In this document: in pieces, positions 39,536-48,921 of the stretch
How positions within the stretch are numbered: the first letter of the stretch is position 1
Layout of the letters: each line of letters begins with the position of its first letter
NCBI GenBank assembly: GCA_963664395.2
Contig: OY761159.2
Span: 2,624,001-2,688,000 of the forward strand
Direction: 5' to 3'
From: Candidatus Binatia bacterium
Lineage (GTDB): Bacteria; Desulfobacterota; Binatia; Bin18
DNA: 64,000 nt
The notes under the pieces: model-generated
What the model saw: only the letters and a program-made list of their open reading frames with translations
Database searches by the model: none
What the model was told of the DNA's origin: nothing
Translations under genes and position numbers: made by a program

Positions 39536-40366
39536 CTAGGCTTTACTCCGCGACATCTGCATCCACGTTTGAGCGACTTCGAGATGGGTCGCAAACCAGA
39601 CCCCTTCGTGTTTGAGCATGTGTTGAATGAGCCGTTCCAGCATCGCCATGCGCGAGCGCCGGCCGATAATTTGCGGATGCATGACAATGCCGAGAAAGCC
39701 GCCGTCCGCATAGGCGCCGTCAAACTCAGCCTGCCAGATTTCATACACCTTATTCTGGCTCGACATGCCAGTGATGTAGGGAGAGAAAGTAAACAGAAAA
39801 TGCGGCGCATCGTCCATTTCCCAACTATAGGGAATTTCCAAGAGTCGGCGGCTCGTCTGTGGTGTCGTCAGCCAGTAGGGGTTATCGTCGCCCACGAGGC
39901 TGCTGTCATACACAAAATCATGGTCGAGTAATAAATCGAAGGTATGCGGCCCGGTATTTCCGGCTGGAGAGCGGTAGCCCCTTGGCGCTTGGCCGGTAAT
40001 CCGTTTCAGGCTCTCCGTTCCTTTCAATAACACTTCAAGCTCAACCTCACGGCCCTTGTTACCAACAAACTCATGTTCATAGCCGTGATGTCCAATTTCA
40101 TGCCCGTCAGCGCACATCTGTTCAATCAAATGCGGGTATTTGTCAGCCGACCAGCCCGGCACAAAGAAGGTCGCCCTCAGCCCATACTTTTTGAGGAGAT
40201 TGAGAATACGCGGCACCCCAGCCCGCGCGCCATACTCACCGCGCGACATCTGGCCCGGAAAGGGCTGGCGCATAGTCCGAAACCACAAGGTTTCGGCATC
40301 AAAGTCAAAACTCAGTCCAACTGCACAGCGTGTATTGTCCGGCCACATTGGATGCTCCTCTGTCAC
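39536..40366 (-). CDS. Polysaccharide deacetylase (CE4, PuuE/PgdA-like) family protein
   Basis: SFDFDAE, YGARAGVPRIL, ATFFVPG, HEIGHHGYEHE, GYRSP, YDSS, MHPQIIG. Confidence 0.9.
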   Translation of the reverse strand: MTEEHPMWPDNTRCAVGLSFDFDAETLWFRTMRQPFPGQMSRGEYGARAGVPRILNLLKKYGLRATFFVPGWSADKYPHLIEQMCADGHEIGHHGYEHEFVGNKGREVELEVLLKGTESLKRITGQAPRGYRSPAGNTGPHTFDLLLDHDFVYDSSLVGDDNPYWLTTPQTSRRLLEIPYSWEMDDAPHFLFTFSPYITGMSSQNKVYEIWQAEFDGAYADGGFLGIVMHPQIIGRRSRMAMLERLIQHMLKHEGVWFATHLEVAQTWMQMSRSKA

Positions 40367-40498
40367 AACTCAGGTCAGTGTTTCGTCCGACTGTAAAAGA
40401 GTGGGTCGATATTCTCAACGGATACTGCACGGAATATCCGCCCGCCGTTGAAAAACAGCAGGTGACGTTCTAGGCTGAAAAAACCACGGAGAAAAAAG

Positions 40499-41116
40499 AT
40501 GTCTCAAGCAAATAAGCCAAGCTGGCCAAGCTGGGCGGAGTATTCCATACCGGTGAAAATCAATGTGCAGGCAGTCCAACTGACAGATGAACAGTTCGTG
40601 CTGCTGTGCCAAGAGAATCCAGAGCTACGGCTTGAGCTGACTGCGCAGCACGAGTTGGTGATTATGCCTCCAACAGGGTCAAAGACAGGCTGGCGGAATA
40701 GTAAACTCACACAACGTTTAGCAAACTGGGCCGAAACGGATGGGACCGGTCTGGTATTCGATTCTTCAACCGGATTCATACTGCCGAATGGAGCAAAACG
40801 TTCGCCAGATGGTTCCTGGGTGAGACGGGCACGCTGGGAGGCTTTGACCGAAGTACAGCAGAACGGCTTTGCCCCGCTGTGTCCCGATTTTGTGGTTGAG
40901 CTTCGCTCGCAACAAGACAGACTCGCCGTCCTGCAAGAGAAAATGCAGGAATACCTTGCAACTGGTGCGCAGCTCGGGTGGCTGATTGATCCGCTTGAAA
41001 AGCGTGTCCATATCTACCGCCCAAAGCAGGCGGTTGAGATTCGTGATGATCCGGCTTCACTCGCTGGTGAGTCCGTCCTGCCAGGATTCGTCTTACACGT
41101 TCAGGAGTTGTGGTAG
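40499..41116 (+). CDS. Uma2 (DUF820) family endonuclease-like protein
   Basis: MPPTG, FDSSTGF.LPNGAKRSPD, CPDFVVELRS, GWLIDP, VLPGF. Confidence 0.93.
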   Translation: MSQANKPSWPSWAEYSIPVKINVQAVQLTDEQFVLLCQENPELRLELTAQHELVIMPPTGSKTGWRNSKLTQRLANWAETDGTGLVFDSSTGFILPNGAKRSPDGSWVRRARWEALTEVQQNGFAPLCPDFVVELRSQQDRLAVLQEKMQEYLATGAQLGWLIDPLEKRVHIYRPKQAVEIRDDPASLAGESVLPGFVLHVQELW

Positions 41117-41157
41117 GAAAAAGCCGAAGCAAGCGACAACTTATTGAGAGGACGTCA

Positions 41158-41373
41158 ATGCGGAACGAATTTACCGCGCTGATCGAGCGGGACAACGACT
41201 GGTATATTGCCTACTGTCCCGAAATTCCCGGAGCAAACGGCCAAGGCCGCACTCCAGCCGAAGCGCGCGCAAGCGTAGCCGAGGCTATTGCGTTGATTCT
41301 TGAGGATCGCCGGGAGGACGCACTCCGTGGGCTGCCAGCCGACGCCATCAGGGAAACGGTGATTGTCGAGTGA
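41158..41373 (+). CDS. hicB: HicB family antitoxin (short form)
   Basis: YIAYCPEIPGANGQGRT..EA..EAI. Confidence 0.88.
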   Translation: MRNEFTALIERDNDWYIAYCPEIPGANGQGRTPAEARASVAEAIALILEDRREDALRGLPADAIRETVIVE

Positions 41374-41558
41374 AGCGGAGTGCTCTCCTGCGGCACTTAC
41401 GTCGGTATGGCTGCTATCTCAAGCGTGAAGGACGGGGACATTCCTTATGGTGTAATCCTACGACTGGTGCTGTAGAGACAGTACCGCGCCATACTGAGAT
41501 CCCCAACGGACTGGCGCGGAAGATTTGCCGTAACCTGTCAGTTCCTGAAATCGGCTGA
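41370..41558 (+). CDS. hicA: HicA family mRNA interferase toxin
   Basis: LRRYGC..KREGRGHSLW...VPRHTEI...ARKIC; GTGA overlap with hicB. Confidence 0.88.
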   Translation: MKRSALLRHLRRYGCYLKREGRGHSLWCNPTTGAVETVPRHTEIPNGLARKICRNLSVPEIG

Positions 41559-41744
41559 CGAAGTAGGGACTCCACAGCCTTCGCTGGAAGTGTTGACTCC
41601 CCTTGGACTCGTCGAAGCAGAAGAGCGGGAGCTACCTCGCCAGCGTAAATGTCCAGTGAGTACCTTTGATCAGCTGGATATAGAAGTATATTTGTAGTCT
41701 CGTATGTCGATGTTTTTTGTCAGCCCATTCGATGGAGGTTGTCA

Positions 41745-44672
41745 GTGAGTACGTCCTATCATGCGAAATATTTTGCTCATCAGCTAACAAGAAAGTGTTC
41801 TGCTCATGAGATCGAAAAACTGAATCAGTCGATATTCAATGCCACTGTCGATCTCAATCCGCATCAGATTGATGCCGCCCTTTTTGCCTTCCGTTCCCCA
41901 CTCTCACGTGGGGCTATCCTTGCCGACGAAGTGGGATTGGGGAAGACGATTGAGGCAGGGCTGATCCTTAGCCAACTCTGGGCTGAGCGAAAGCGGAAGG
42001 TTCTGTGCATTGTTCCGGCTGCTCTGCGGAAACAATGGAATAGAGAGCTGATCGAGAAATTTTTCATCGACTCTGTCATCTTGGAATCAAAAAGCTATAA
42101 CCACTTGGTTAAACAGGAAATATCGAATCCCTTTGAGCAGGATGACAAGGTCATTTTGTGCTCGCACCATTTCGCACGGAGTAAAGAGCACGATATCCGA
42201 CAAATACCCTGGGACCTCGTCATTATCGATGAGGCCCATCGACTCAGAAATGTTTATAAAAAGAGCAATAAGATAGCCCGTTCTATCCGGGATTCTATTG
42301 GAAGTAGGCCCAAGGTCCTTCTCACTGCCACTCCGTTCCAAAACTCGCTCATGGAGTTATACGGCCTCATGAGCTTTGTTGACGATCATTTGTTTGGGAA
42401 CGAAAGCTCTTTTCGGGAACAGTTTGCCCGAAATGCAGTCGAAATTGGAGAAGACGGGTTTAGCGACCTTCGTTCTCGGATGCGTCCAGTCTGCCAGCGG
42501 ACACTACGGCGGCAGGTATCGGAATACGTCCGCTACACAAATCGTATTTCGATTACCCAGGACTTTACACCGACTGATGACGAGGTGGATCTATACAATG
42601 GGGTCTCTGAGTATCTGCAACGTCCCGACTCATTTGCGCTTCCTTCTGGTCAACGTTCGCTAATGACTCTGATTCTCAGGAAAATACTTGCCTCTTCTTC
42701 CTTTGCAATTGCAGCTACTCTTGGATCGCTTATTGACCGCCTCGAAGGAGAGATCTCGGAAATAGATGATTCGCCCGAAGCGGAAGAGGAACTCTTTGAG
42801 TCTATCAATGCGGACGTTGAGACCGTTGCCGAAACACAGGAAGAGTGGAGCGAGAAAGGAGACGAAGAGTCAGTCAGCATAGGGGAGAGCGGAGGGTTAA
42901 GCGACGACGAAGAGAAGGTGCTCCTGCTTCAATCTATTCGCCAAGAAGTCAGCGACCTCCAAAGCTACCGCGAGTTAGCCCAATCCATCACACAAAATGC
43001 GAAAGGCCAGGCGTTGTTGGTGGCTTTAAGGACAGGCTTCCAGAAAGCTGCGGATTTAGGGGCGACTCGTAAGGCCCTCGTATTTACTGAATCACGCCGG
43101 ACCCAGCAATATCTTGTTGAGCTTTTAGAAACGAGCGGGTACCGAGATCAGATTGTCACTTTGAACGGAACAAACAATGATCCACACTCTAAAATAGTTT
43201 ACAAGGCCTGGCTCCAGCGTCACGCAGGGCAGGATGAGATAACAGGCTCCCCAACCGCTGACATGCGTTCGGCACTCGTAGAAGAGTTCCGCGAACGTGC
43301 GTCAATTATGATTGCTACGGAATCTGGAGCCGAAGGGTTAAACCTCCAATTTTGCAGTCTCATCGTAAACTATGATCTTCCCTGGAATCCTCAACGTATT
43401 GAGCAGCGGATTGGGCGCTGTCATCGGTACGGCCAACAACATGACGTGGTAGTGGTCAATTTTCTTAATCGGAGGAACGCCGCCGATCAGCGTGTCTTTG
43501 AGTTGTTGTCAGCAAAACTGCAACTATTTGATGGCGTCTTTGGGACATCGGATGAAGTGCTGGGTGTGATGGAGTCTGGGGTCGATTTTGAGAAACGAAT
43601 CAACGAGATCTATCAATCCTGCCGGTCTCCTGAAGATATTAACGAGGCGTTCGATCAGCTTCAACTTGAGCTGGATGATCAGATCCGTGCACGTATGGAG
43701 GATACTCGGACAAAGCTTCTTGAGCACTTCGATGAAGATGTTCATCAGCGGTTAAAACTTACCCACGACGATACTGAGCAGCAGATTAATCGTTTTCAAG
43801 AATGGTTATGGAATCTTACTCAGTATGAGTTAGCCGACTGCGCTCAATTCGTTCCGGACGAGTATGTATTTGAGCTAACCCGTATTCCTGAAGGTATAGA
43901 TACGGAAGAAATAGCACTTGGGCATTACCGTCTTATTACTCAGAAGAATGGGACTGCCGATCACCACTTTCGCCTTGGTCACCCCCTTGCTGCGCGTTTA
44001 CTAGCACGGGCTAAGGAACGGCCACTTCCTGCGCGTGAAGTCATCTTTGAGTACGCCCAGCATCCTAAAAGGATTAGTATTGTTGAACAGCTACAAGGGA
44101 AGTCTGGTTGGCTTCGCCTCTCCCTAGTGTCTATCGAAGCCTTAGAGCAAGAGGACCACCTCATTCTCACCGGGATTTCTGATGATGGGACTGCGCTTGA
44201 TTCCGAGATATGCGAGCGATTGTTTTCCATAACTGGCACCAGCGGGGATGAGGTAGCTCTGCCGGACGCAGTCTCTGCCCGATTAGAACAAGACTTTGAA
44301 GAGGCCAAGAATCGCACGGTGACTGAGACGACTGGGCGTAATCAGGCGTATTTTGAAGTAGAAATGGATAAGCTCGAAAAATGGGCAGATGACTTGAAGG
44401 CCAACCTCGAACAAGAACTGAAGGCTCTCGATAAGGAAATTAAATCGACCAAGAAAGAGGCGCGACAAGTCGCAGACCTTGATGCCAAAGTTGAACTGCA
44501 TAAGCAGGCGAGAACGCTGGAACGGAGACGCAGCGAAAAACGTCGAAGCCTGTTTGACGCTCAAGACGAAGTGGACAATCGCAAAGAAAGATTGATTGAA
44601 GAAATAGAATCTCGACTCAAACAGAATCTCACTCAAATAACTGTATTTACTGTTCGGTGGACGGTTATATGA
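41745..44672 (+). CDS. SNF2-family helicase with C-terminal coiled coil
   Basis: LADEVGLGKT, IIDEAH, LTATP, GLNLQ, YDLPWNP, QRIGRCHRYGQ; GTG start after GGAGG. Confidence 0.92.
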   Translation: MSTSYHAKYFAHQLTRKCSAHEIEKLNQSIFNATVDLNPHQIDAALFAFRSPLSRGAILADEVGLGKTIEAGLILSQLWAERKRKVLCIVPAALRKQWNRELIEKFFIDSVILESKSYNHLVKQEISNPFEQDDKVILCSHHFARSKEHDIRQIPWDLVIIDEAHRLRNVYKKSNKIARSIRDSIGSRPKVLLTATPFQNSLMELYGLMSFVDDHLFGNESSFREQFARNAVEIGEDGFSDLRSRMRPVCQRTLRRQVSEYVRYTNRISITQDFTPTDDEVDLYNGVSEYLQRPDSFALPSGQRSLMTLILRKILASSSFAIAATLGSLIDRLEGEISEIDDSPEAEEELFESINADVETVAETQEEWSEKGDEESVSIGESGGLSDDEEKVLLLQSIRQEVSDLQSYRELAQSITQNAKGQALLVALRTGFQKAADLGATRKALVFTESRRTQQYLVELLETSGYRDQIVTLNGTNNDPHSKIVYKAWLQRHAGQDEITGSPTADMRSALVEEFRERASIMIATESGAEGLNLQFCSLIVNYDLPWNPQRIEQRIGRCHRYGQQHDVVVVNFLNRRNAADQRVFELLSAKLQLFDGVFGTSDEVLGVMESGVDFEKRINEIYQSCRSPEDINEAFDQLQLELDDQIRARMEDTRTKLLEHFDEDVHQRLKLTHDDTEQQINRFQEWLWNLTQYELADCAQFVPDEYVFELTRIPEGIDTEEIALGHYRLITQKNGTADHHFRLGHPLAARLLARAKERPLPAREVIFEYAQHPKRISIVEQLQGKSGWLRLSLVSIEALEQEDHLILTGISDDGTALDSEICERLFSITGTSGDEVALPDAVSARLEQDFEEAKNRTVTETTGRNQAYFEVEMDKLEKWADDLKANLEQELKALDKEIKSTKKEARQVADLDAKVELHKQARTLERRRSEKRRSLFDAQDEVDNRKERLIEEIESRLKQNLTQITVFTVRWTVI

Positions 44673-44866
44673 AAATAGCTCCTGACCAGATTGTGGCAGA
44701 GAAAATAGTTGCAGAGTTGCGGCAGAAACAGCTTACCGCCCAAGAGAGCGTGAAAGAGTTAGGGGAGAAACTCTCTGCCGGTAATCTCTCTGCTGAAGAC
44801 TGGCGCTTAATTGCTGAACTCGCACTCGCGAGGGCCGGAAAGTTACAGAATGGCAAAACGGATTGA
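44669..44866 (+). CDS. Small hypothetical helical protein (65 aa)
   Basis: ATGA-coupled to the SNF2 gene and overlapping the start of the ATPase gene. Confidence 0.7.
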   Translation: MKIAPDQIVAEKIVAELRQKQLTAQESVKELGEKLSAGNLSAEDWRLIAELALARAGKLQNGKTD

Positions 44867-47192
44867 AAAGTTAGCTCTAGCAGGCTTTCGTGGCGCTACG
44901 TGTCCGGTCGAGATAGAGTTCGATATCAGTAAGCCTGCTGTTATGATCTTTGGAGAGAATGGAACGGGTAAATCCACCATAGTCGACGCTATAGACTTCG
45001 TTTGTAACGAAAAATATGGCTCGTTGACTGAGCGAAGTTCGACAAGACCAAAGACGCACCTCCGCGCACTTGGCTCAACTGTGGCCACGCTCGGGGTATC
45101 GCTCACCTTTGATTCTCAAACTTGGTCGGCAAGTCTGGGGAGAAATGGGCCGGTAAGCTCCGGGCCGGATGGTCGCCCCGCTGCTCGAATTCTCAGACGA
45201 AGTCAACTCCTCCAAATCGTTAATGACCAGCCGAGAGCCCGCTATGAGGCTTTACAAGATTTTATTGCAGTGCCAGGGGTCCAGAAAAGTGAGCAGAGCT
45301 TACGGGAGGCAGTTAAAGCTGTCAAAGGAGAGCTGAATGATGCGGTTGTCGCCAGGCAACAAGCCGAAGAAACCCTTGAAAAGCTGTGGAGCGTAGAAGG
45401 ACAGCTTGGCAAGGGCTATCTCGAATGGGCAAAGGAAAAAGTTCAAGCAAAACCTGTTGACCTTGAAGCTATTGTTTCCTCGGCCGATCAGATTCTATCG
45501 GCGCTGAATGATGCTACTGGTGCCCGGGATCATTTCGAGGCCGACAAAGTCAAACAATCCAATGACGAGACGGAACTACAGAAAGCGCAAAAAGCTCTGA
45601 AAGAAGCAGAGGAAGAAGCAGTAGCGCAGGACCGGACGCTGATTACTGTATTACAACATGCAAAGAATTTTCTTGGAGAACACAGCTCCACCTCCATGTG
45701 TCCAGTATGCGAGAGAGAAATAGACGCTAAGAATCTGAGGGCAAGGATTACCGACCGTTTATCAGAAATGCAGGAGATAGTCTCTCTAAAAAAGAAAGTA
45801 GACTCTGCCAAGGATAAGGCTGAAAGAGCGATTGGTAGAGTGGAGCAGACCAGCCAAAGGCTAGTAAATTCGGTCGTAAGTTTGGCACCTCTTGTTCAGA
45901 AAAACACGTTCGACGAGATTAGCTCTTTAGCGGTCAACTGGGAGCTTTATCCAAATCTGGTTGATGAGAAACCTGAGACAAAACTCTCAGCAGTAATTGA
46001 AGAGGCAAGGGCTCTCTTAGAGATCATTACGGCTTGTCGTATACCCCTAGCCTCGCGAAGGGATAACGCTCAGAAGGCTCTCAACCAACTGTCTGCGATC
46101 CAGACACACGTTGAGACTATTCAGGAAAAGACAATAGATACCGGGAGGTTAAACCAACTCTCCACGAGACTTATAGCCATCCTGGAAATTGTAGAAAGAC
46201 AGCGAAAAACCTATGTGGAAGAAGTGTTAGCCTCTATCTCTCAATCAGTTGAATATCTATATGCGCAGATTCATCCGGGTGAACCAATAGGTGGAATTCG
46301 GCTGTACCTGAAGCCTAATACTATCGGTTCCTTAGAGTTTGACAGTAGATTTGAGACAGAAACAGGAATCCCCCCTCAAGCGTATTACAGTGATTCACAT
46401 CTCGACACCCTTGGAGTATGCGTCTTCCTGGCTCTGGCAAAATACTTTAAGGATACCAATACTATTGTCGTGCTGGATGATGTCGTTACGTCCGCCGACC
46501 AAGCTCACATGGAACGATTCATTCGGGTCCTGCACGATGAAGCGAAGAGTTTCAATCAACTTGTCATTACGACACATTATCGTCCCTGGCGAGATAAGTA
46601 TCTCTTTGCTCGTGGCCCAGCCGCTAATATCCAGTTGATAGAGCTTCTCTCTTGGTCTCTTCCGAGAGGTATTCGACACAGCAAGACGAAGCTCACTGTG
46701 GAAGAACTCAATGATTACAGAAGAACCGAACCAATGGACCGCCAAATCGTGGCCTCAAAGTCGGGAATTCTTTTTGAGAGTTTGCTTGACCATATTACTC
46801 TTCTTTACCGTTGCAAACTTCCTCGACAGACAGAGCTGAATTACACACTTGGAGAACTGCTGGATAGTCTTAGTAAGAAACTCAAGGAAGCAATGAAAAT
46901 CGCACATGTTGCGGATGACGGATCGGTGAGTTCAGAACTTGCCCTGGAATCAATCCTCAATAAGCTCGCTGGAATGACATGGATACGCAATCAAGTTGGC
47001 TGCCACTGGAATGTTGCGGGAATGAGCGTGTCGGATGACAACGTAACCTTATTTGCGGATTGCATAATTGAGCTCGCCAACATCTTAGTCTGTAGCAGTT
47101 GCGGTGAGTTGCCTCGTCGGGATAGCTCTGGAATATACCGGGCGTGCCGATGTGGGGGAAAGAGGTTATACCCTCTTACCGCTCCTGCCTGA
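44850..47192 (+). CDS. Rad50/RloC-like ABC ATPase with zinc hook, HEPN-like motif and C-terminal Zn ribbon
   Basis: GENGTGKST; coiled coil with CPVC; YSDSH signature; VVLDD; ITTH; RNQVGCH; CSSC...CRCG. Confidence 0.8.
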   Translation: MAKRIEKLALAGFRGATCPVEIEFDISKPAVMIFGENGTGKSTIVDAIDFVCNEKYGSLTERSSTRPKTHLRALGSTVATLGVSLTFDSQTWSASLGRNGPVSSGPDGRPAARILRRSQLLQIVNDQPRARYEALQDFIAVPGVQKSEQSLREAVKAVKGELNDAVVARQQAEETLEKLWSVEGQLGKGYLEWAKEKVQAKPVDLEAIVSSADQILSALNDATGARDHFEADKVKQSNDETELQKAQKALKEAEEEAVAQDRTLITVLQHAKNFLGEHSSTSMCPVCEREIDAKNLRARITDRLSEMQEIVSLKKKVDSAKDKAERAIGRVEQTSQRLVNSVVSLAPLVQKNTFDEISSLAVNWELYPNLVDEKPETKLSAVIEEARALLEIITACRIPLASRRDNAQKALNQLSAIQTHVETIQEKTIDTGRLNQLSTRLIAILEIVERQRKTYVEEVLASISQSVEYLYAQIHPGEPIGGIRLYLKPNTIGSLEFDSRFETETGIPPQAYYSDSHLDTLGVCVFLALAKYFKDTNTIVVLDDVVTSADQAHMERFIRVLHDEAKSFNQLVITTHYRPWRDKYLFARGPAANIQLIELLSWSLPRGIRHSKTKLTVEELNDYRRTEPMDRQIVASKSGILFESLLDHITLLYRCKLPRQTELNYTLGELLDSLSKKLKEAMKIAHVADDGSVSSELALESILNKLAGMTWIRNQVGCHWNVAGMSVSDDNVTLFADCIIELANILVCSSCGELPRRDSSGIYRACRCGGKRLYPLTAPA

Positions 47193-47211
47193 ATATGAAG
47201 GACTATGAATC

Positions 47212-48921
47212 TTGGCAAAGCGGGGAAAACTTGAACTAACCTGGGTTGGAAAAGAAGACCGTCCACACCTAGAACCACGTATTCTCGTGGAAGACCCCAC
47301 AAAATCCTATGGCGACCCAGGTGCCGAAAACATGTTGATATTCGGCAACAACCTGCTTGCCCTTAAAGCCTTAGAGCGAGATTTTGCGGGCAAGATCAAG
47401 TGCATTTATATTGACCCTCCATATAACACTGGACAGGCATTTGCGAACTATGATGATGGCGTCGAGCACTCATTGTGGCTCTCCCTTATGAGAGATCGCC
47501 TGGAACTCCTGAGAAAGCTGCTGACAGATGACGGGGCTATATTTGTCCAATTGAACGACGAAGAGCAGGCATACTGCAAAGTGCTTTTGGACGAAGTGTT
47601 TGGACGGCGAAATTTTATCAACCAGATCGCTGTAAAGACAAAGAATATAGCTGGGGCAAGCGGCGGCGGTGAAGATAAGCGACTCAAGAAAAACATCGAA
47701 TTTGTCCTGGTATATGTGAAGGATAATGACTCTGATACGGGATTTCGCAAGTTTAACGAGGTTTTTGAGGAAACTAACCTTTTTGAACTTATTGAGGATA
47801 TGCGGTTGCAAGGCAAGAGTTGGAAATACACAAGTATTCTCTTGGACAAGGGACAGTTTATAGAAGAGCGTACTGTACGAGACGGTAGCGGTGATTCTAT
47901 AAGAGTGCGAAAATACAAAGGAATAAAGCGTGCCACTGTGCGCGGAATGGTACGATGTGGATTAGAAGAAGAAGCAGTTTATGTGAACCATTTTCACGCT
48001 ATCTTCTCGGACACGAATGCCCAAACAAGTATTCGTACAAGGATTATCGACGAATTCAAAACGCTGGCAGATGATGAGGTTCTGGCTGCGGAATATACCC
48101 CACGATCAGGTCGAGATAAGGGGAAAATCGTTGAGCACTTGTACATAAGTCCAACCATCCGACGGGTCATATGGTTAAAGGATACGACGCACAAAAGAGG
48201 AAGACAGCTTATCAAACTAGACAAGCTCGGGACATTTTGGTCGGGATACAACTGGAATAACGTCAGCAAGGAAGGAGATGTTATATTTCCATCTGGCAAA
48301 AAGCCCGAGGCTCTCATAAAGACAATCGTCGAGCTCAGTACCAAACCTGGCGACTGGGTCCTTGACTCTTTTGCTGGTTCGGGGACAACCGGTACAGTTG
48401 CTCACAAGATGGGCCGGCGATGGATCATGGTTGAGATGGGCGAGCACTGCCATACGCATATAGTGCCCCGTCTTCAACGAGTCATTGACGGTAAGGATCA
48501 GGGCGGTATCTCGGAAATAGCCAACTGGCAGGGAGGAGGTGGATTCAAATACTACCGACTGGCCGAGTCGCTGCTGGTACAGGACAAGGACCTTTCGACT
48601 AAAGATGCCCCTGTTTATGTCATTAACCCGCGCTATGACGAGACCATGTTGGTCCAGGCCATCTGTAAAATTGAGAACTTTAACTGTCGCAACGATGGCC
48701 GTTTGCACGGAATCAGCAGTGAGAGTCGCTTCTTGCACGTTACCACCAATTTGGTGACCCAAGCTTATATCGACTCACTCGTTGAGGATATTAGCCTCGA
48801 CCAGTCTTTACTTGTTTACTGCACTCGTCGGCGGAGGAATCTTGATCTTCCTGAGAATGTCGAGATTAAGAATATCCCTCGTGACTTGCTCAATAAGTGC
48901 GATTTTAACGAGGCGACATAG
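47212..48921 (+). CDS. mod: Type III restriction-modification methyltransferase (Mod)
   Basis: KLELTWVGK, GNNLLAL, IYIDPPY (N6-adenine), KKPEAL, DSFAGSGTT; beta-class motif order. Confidence 0.92.
   Translation: MAKRGKLELTWVGKEDRPHLEPRILVEDPTKSYGDPGAENMLIFGNNLLALKALERDFAGKIKCIYIDPPYNTGQAFANYDDGVEHSLWLSLMRDRLELLRKLLTDDGAIFVQLNDEEQAYCKVLLDEVFGRRNFINQIAVKTKNIAGASGGGEDKRLKKNIEFVLVYVKDNDSDTGFRKFNEVFEETNLFELIEDMRLQGKSWKYTSILLDKGQFIEERTVRDGSGDSIRVRKYKGIKRATVRGMVRCGLEEEAVYVNHFHAIFSDTNAQTSIRTRIIDEFKTLADDEVLAAEYTPRSGRDKGKIVEHLYISPTIRRVIWLKDTTHKRGRQLIKLDKLGTFWSGYNWNNVSKEGDVIFPSGKKPEALIKTIVELSTKPGDWVLDSFAGSGTTGTVAHKMGRRWIMVEMGEHCHTHIVPRLQRVIDGKDQGGISEIANWQGGGGFKYYRLAESLLVQDKDLSTKDAPVYVINPRYDETMLVQAICKIENFNCRNDGRLHGISSESRFLHVTTNLVTQAYIDSLVEDISLDQSLLVYCTRRRRNLDLPENVEIKNIPRDLLNKCDFNEAT

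Noticed and set aside
47212-48921. Phase-variable (phasevarion) mod gene
   Set aside because: No simple-sequence repeat tract was seen in or upstream of the ORF.
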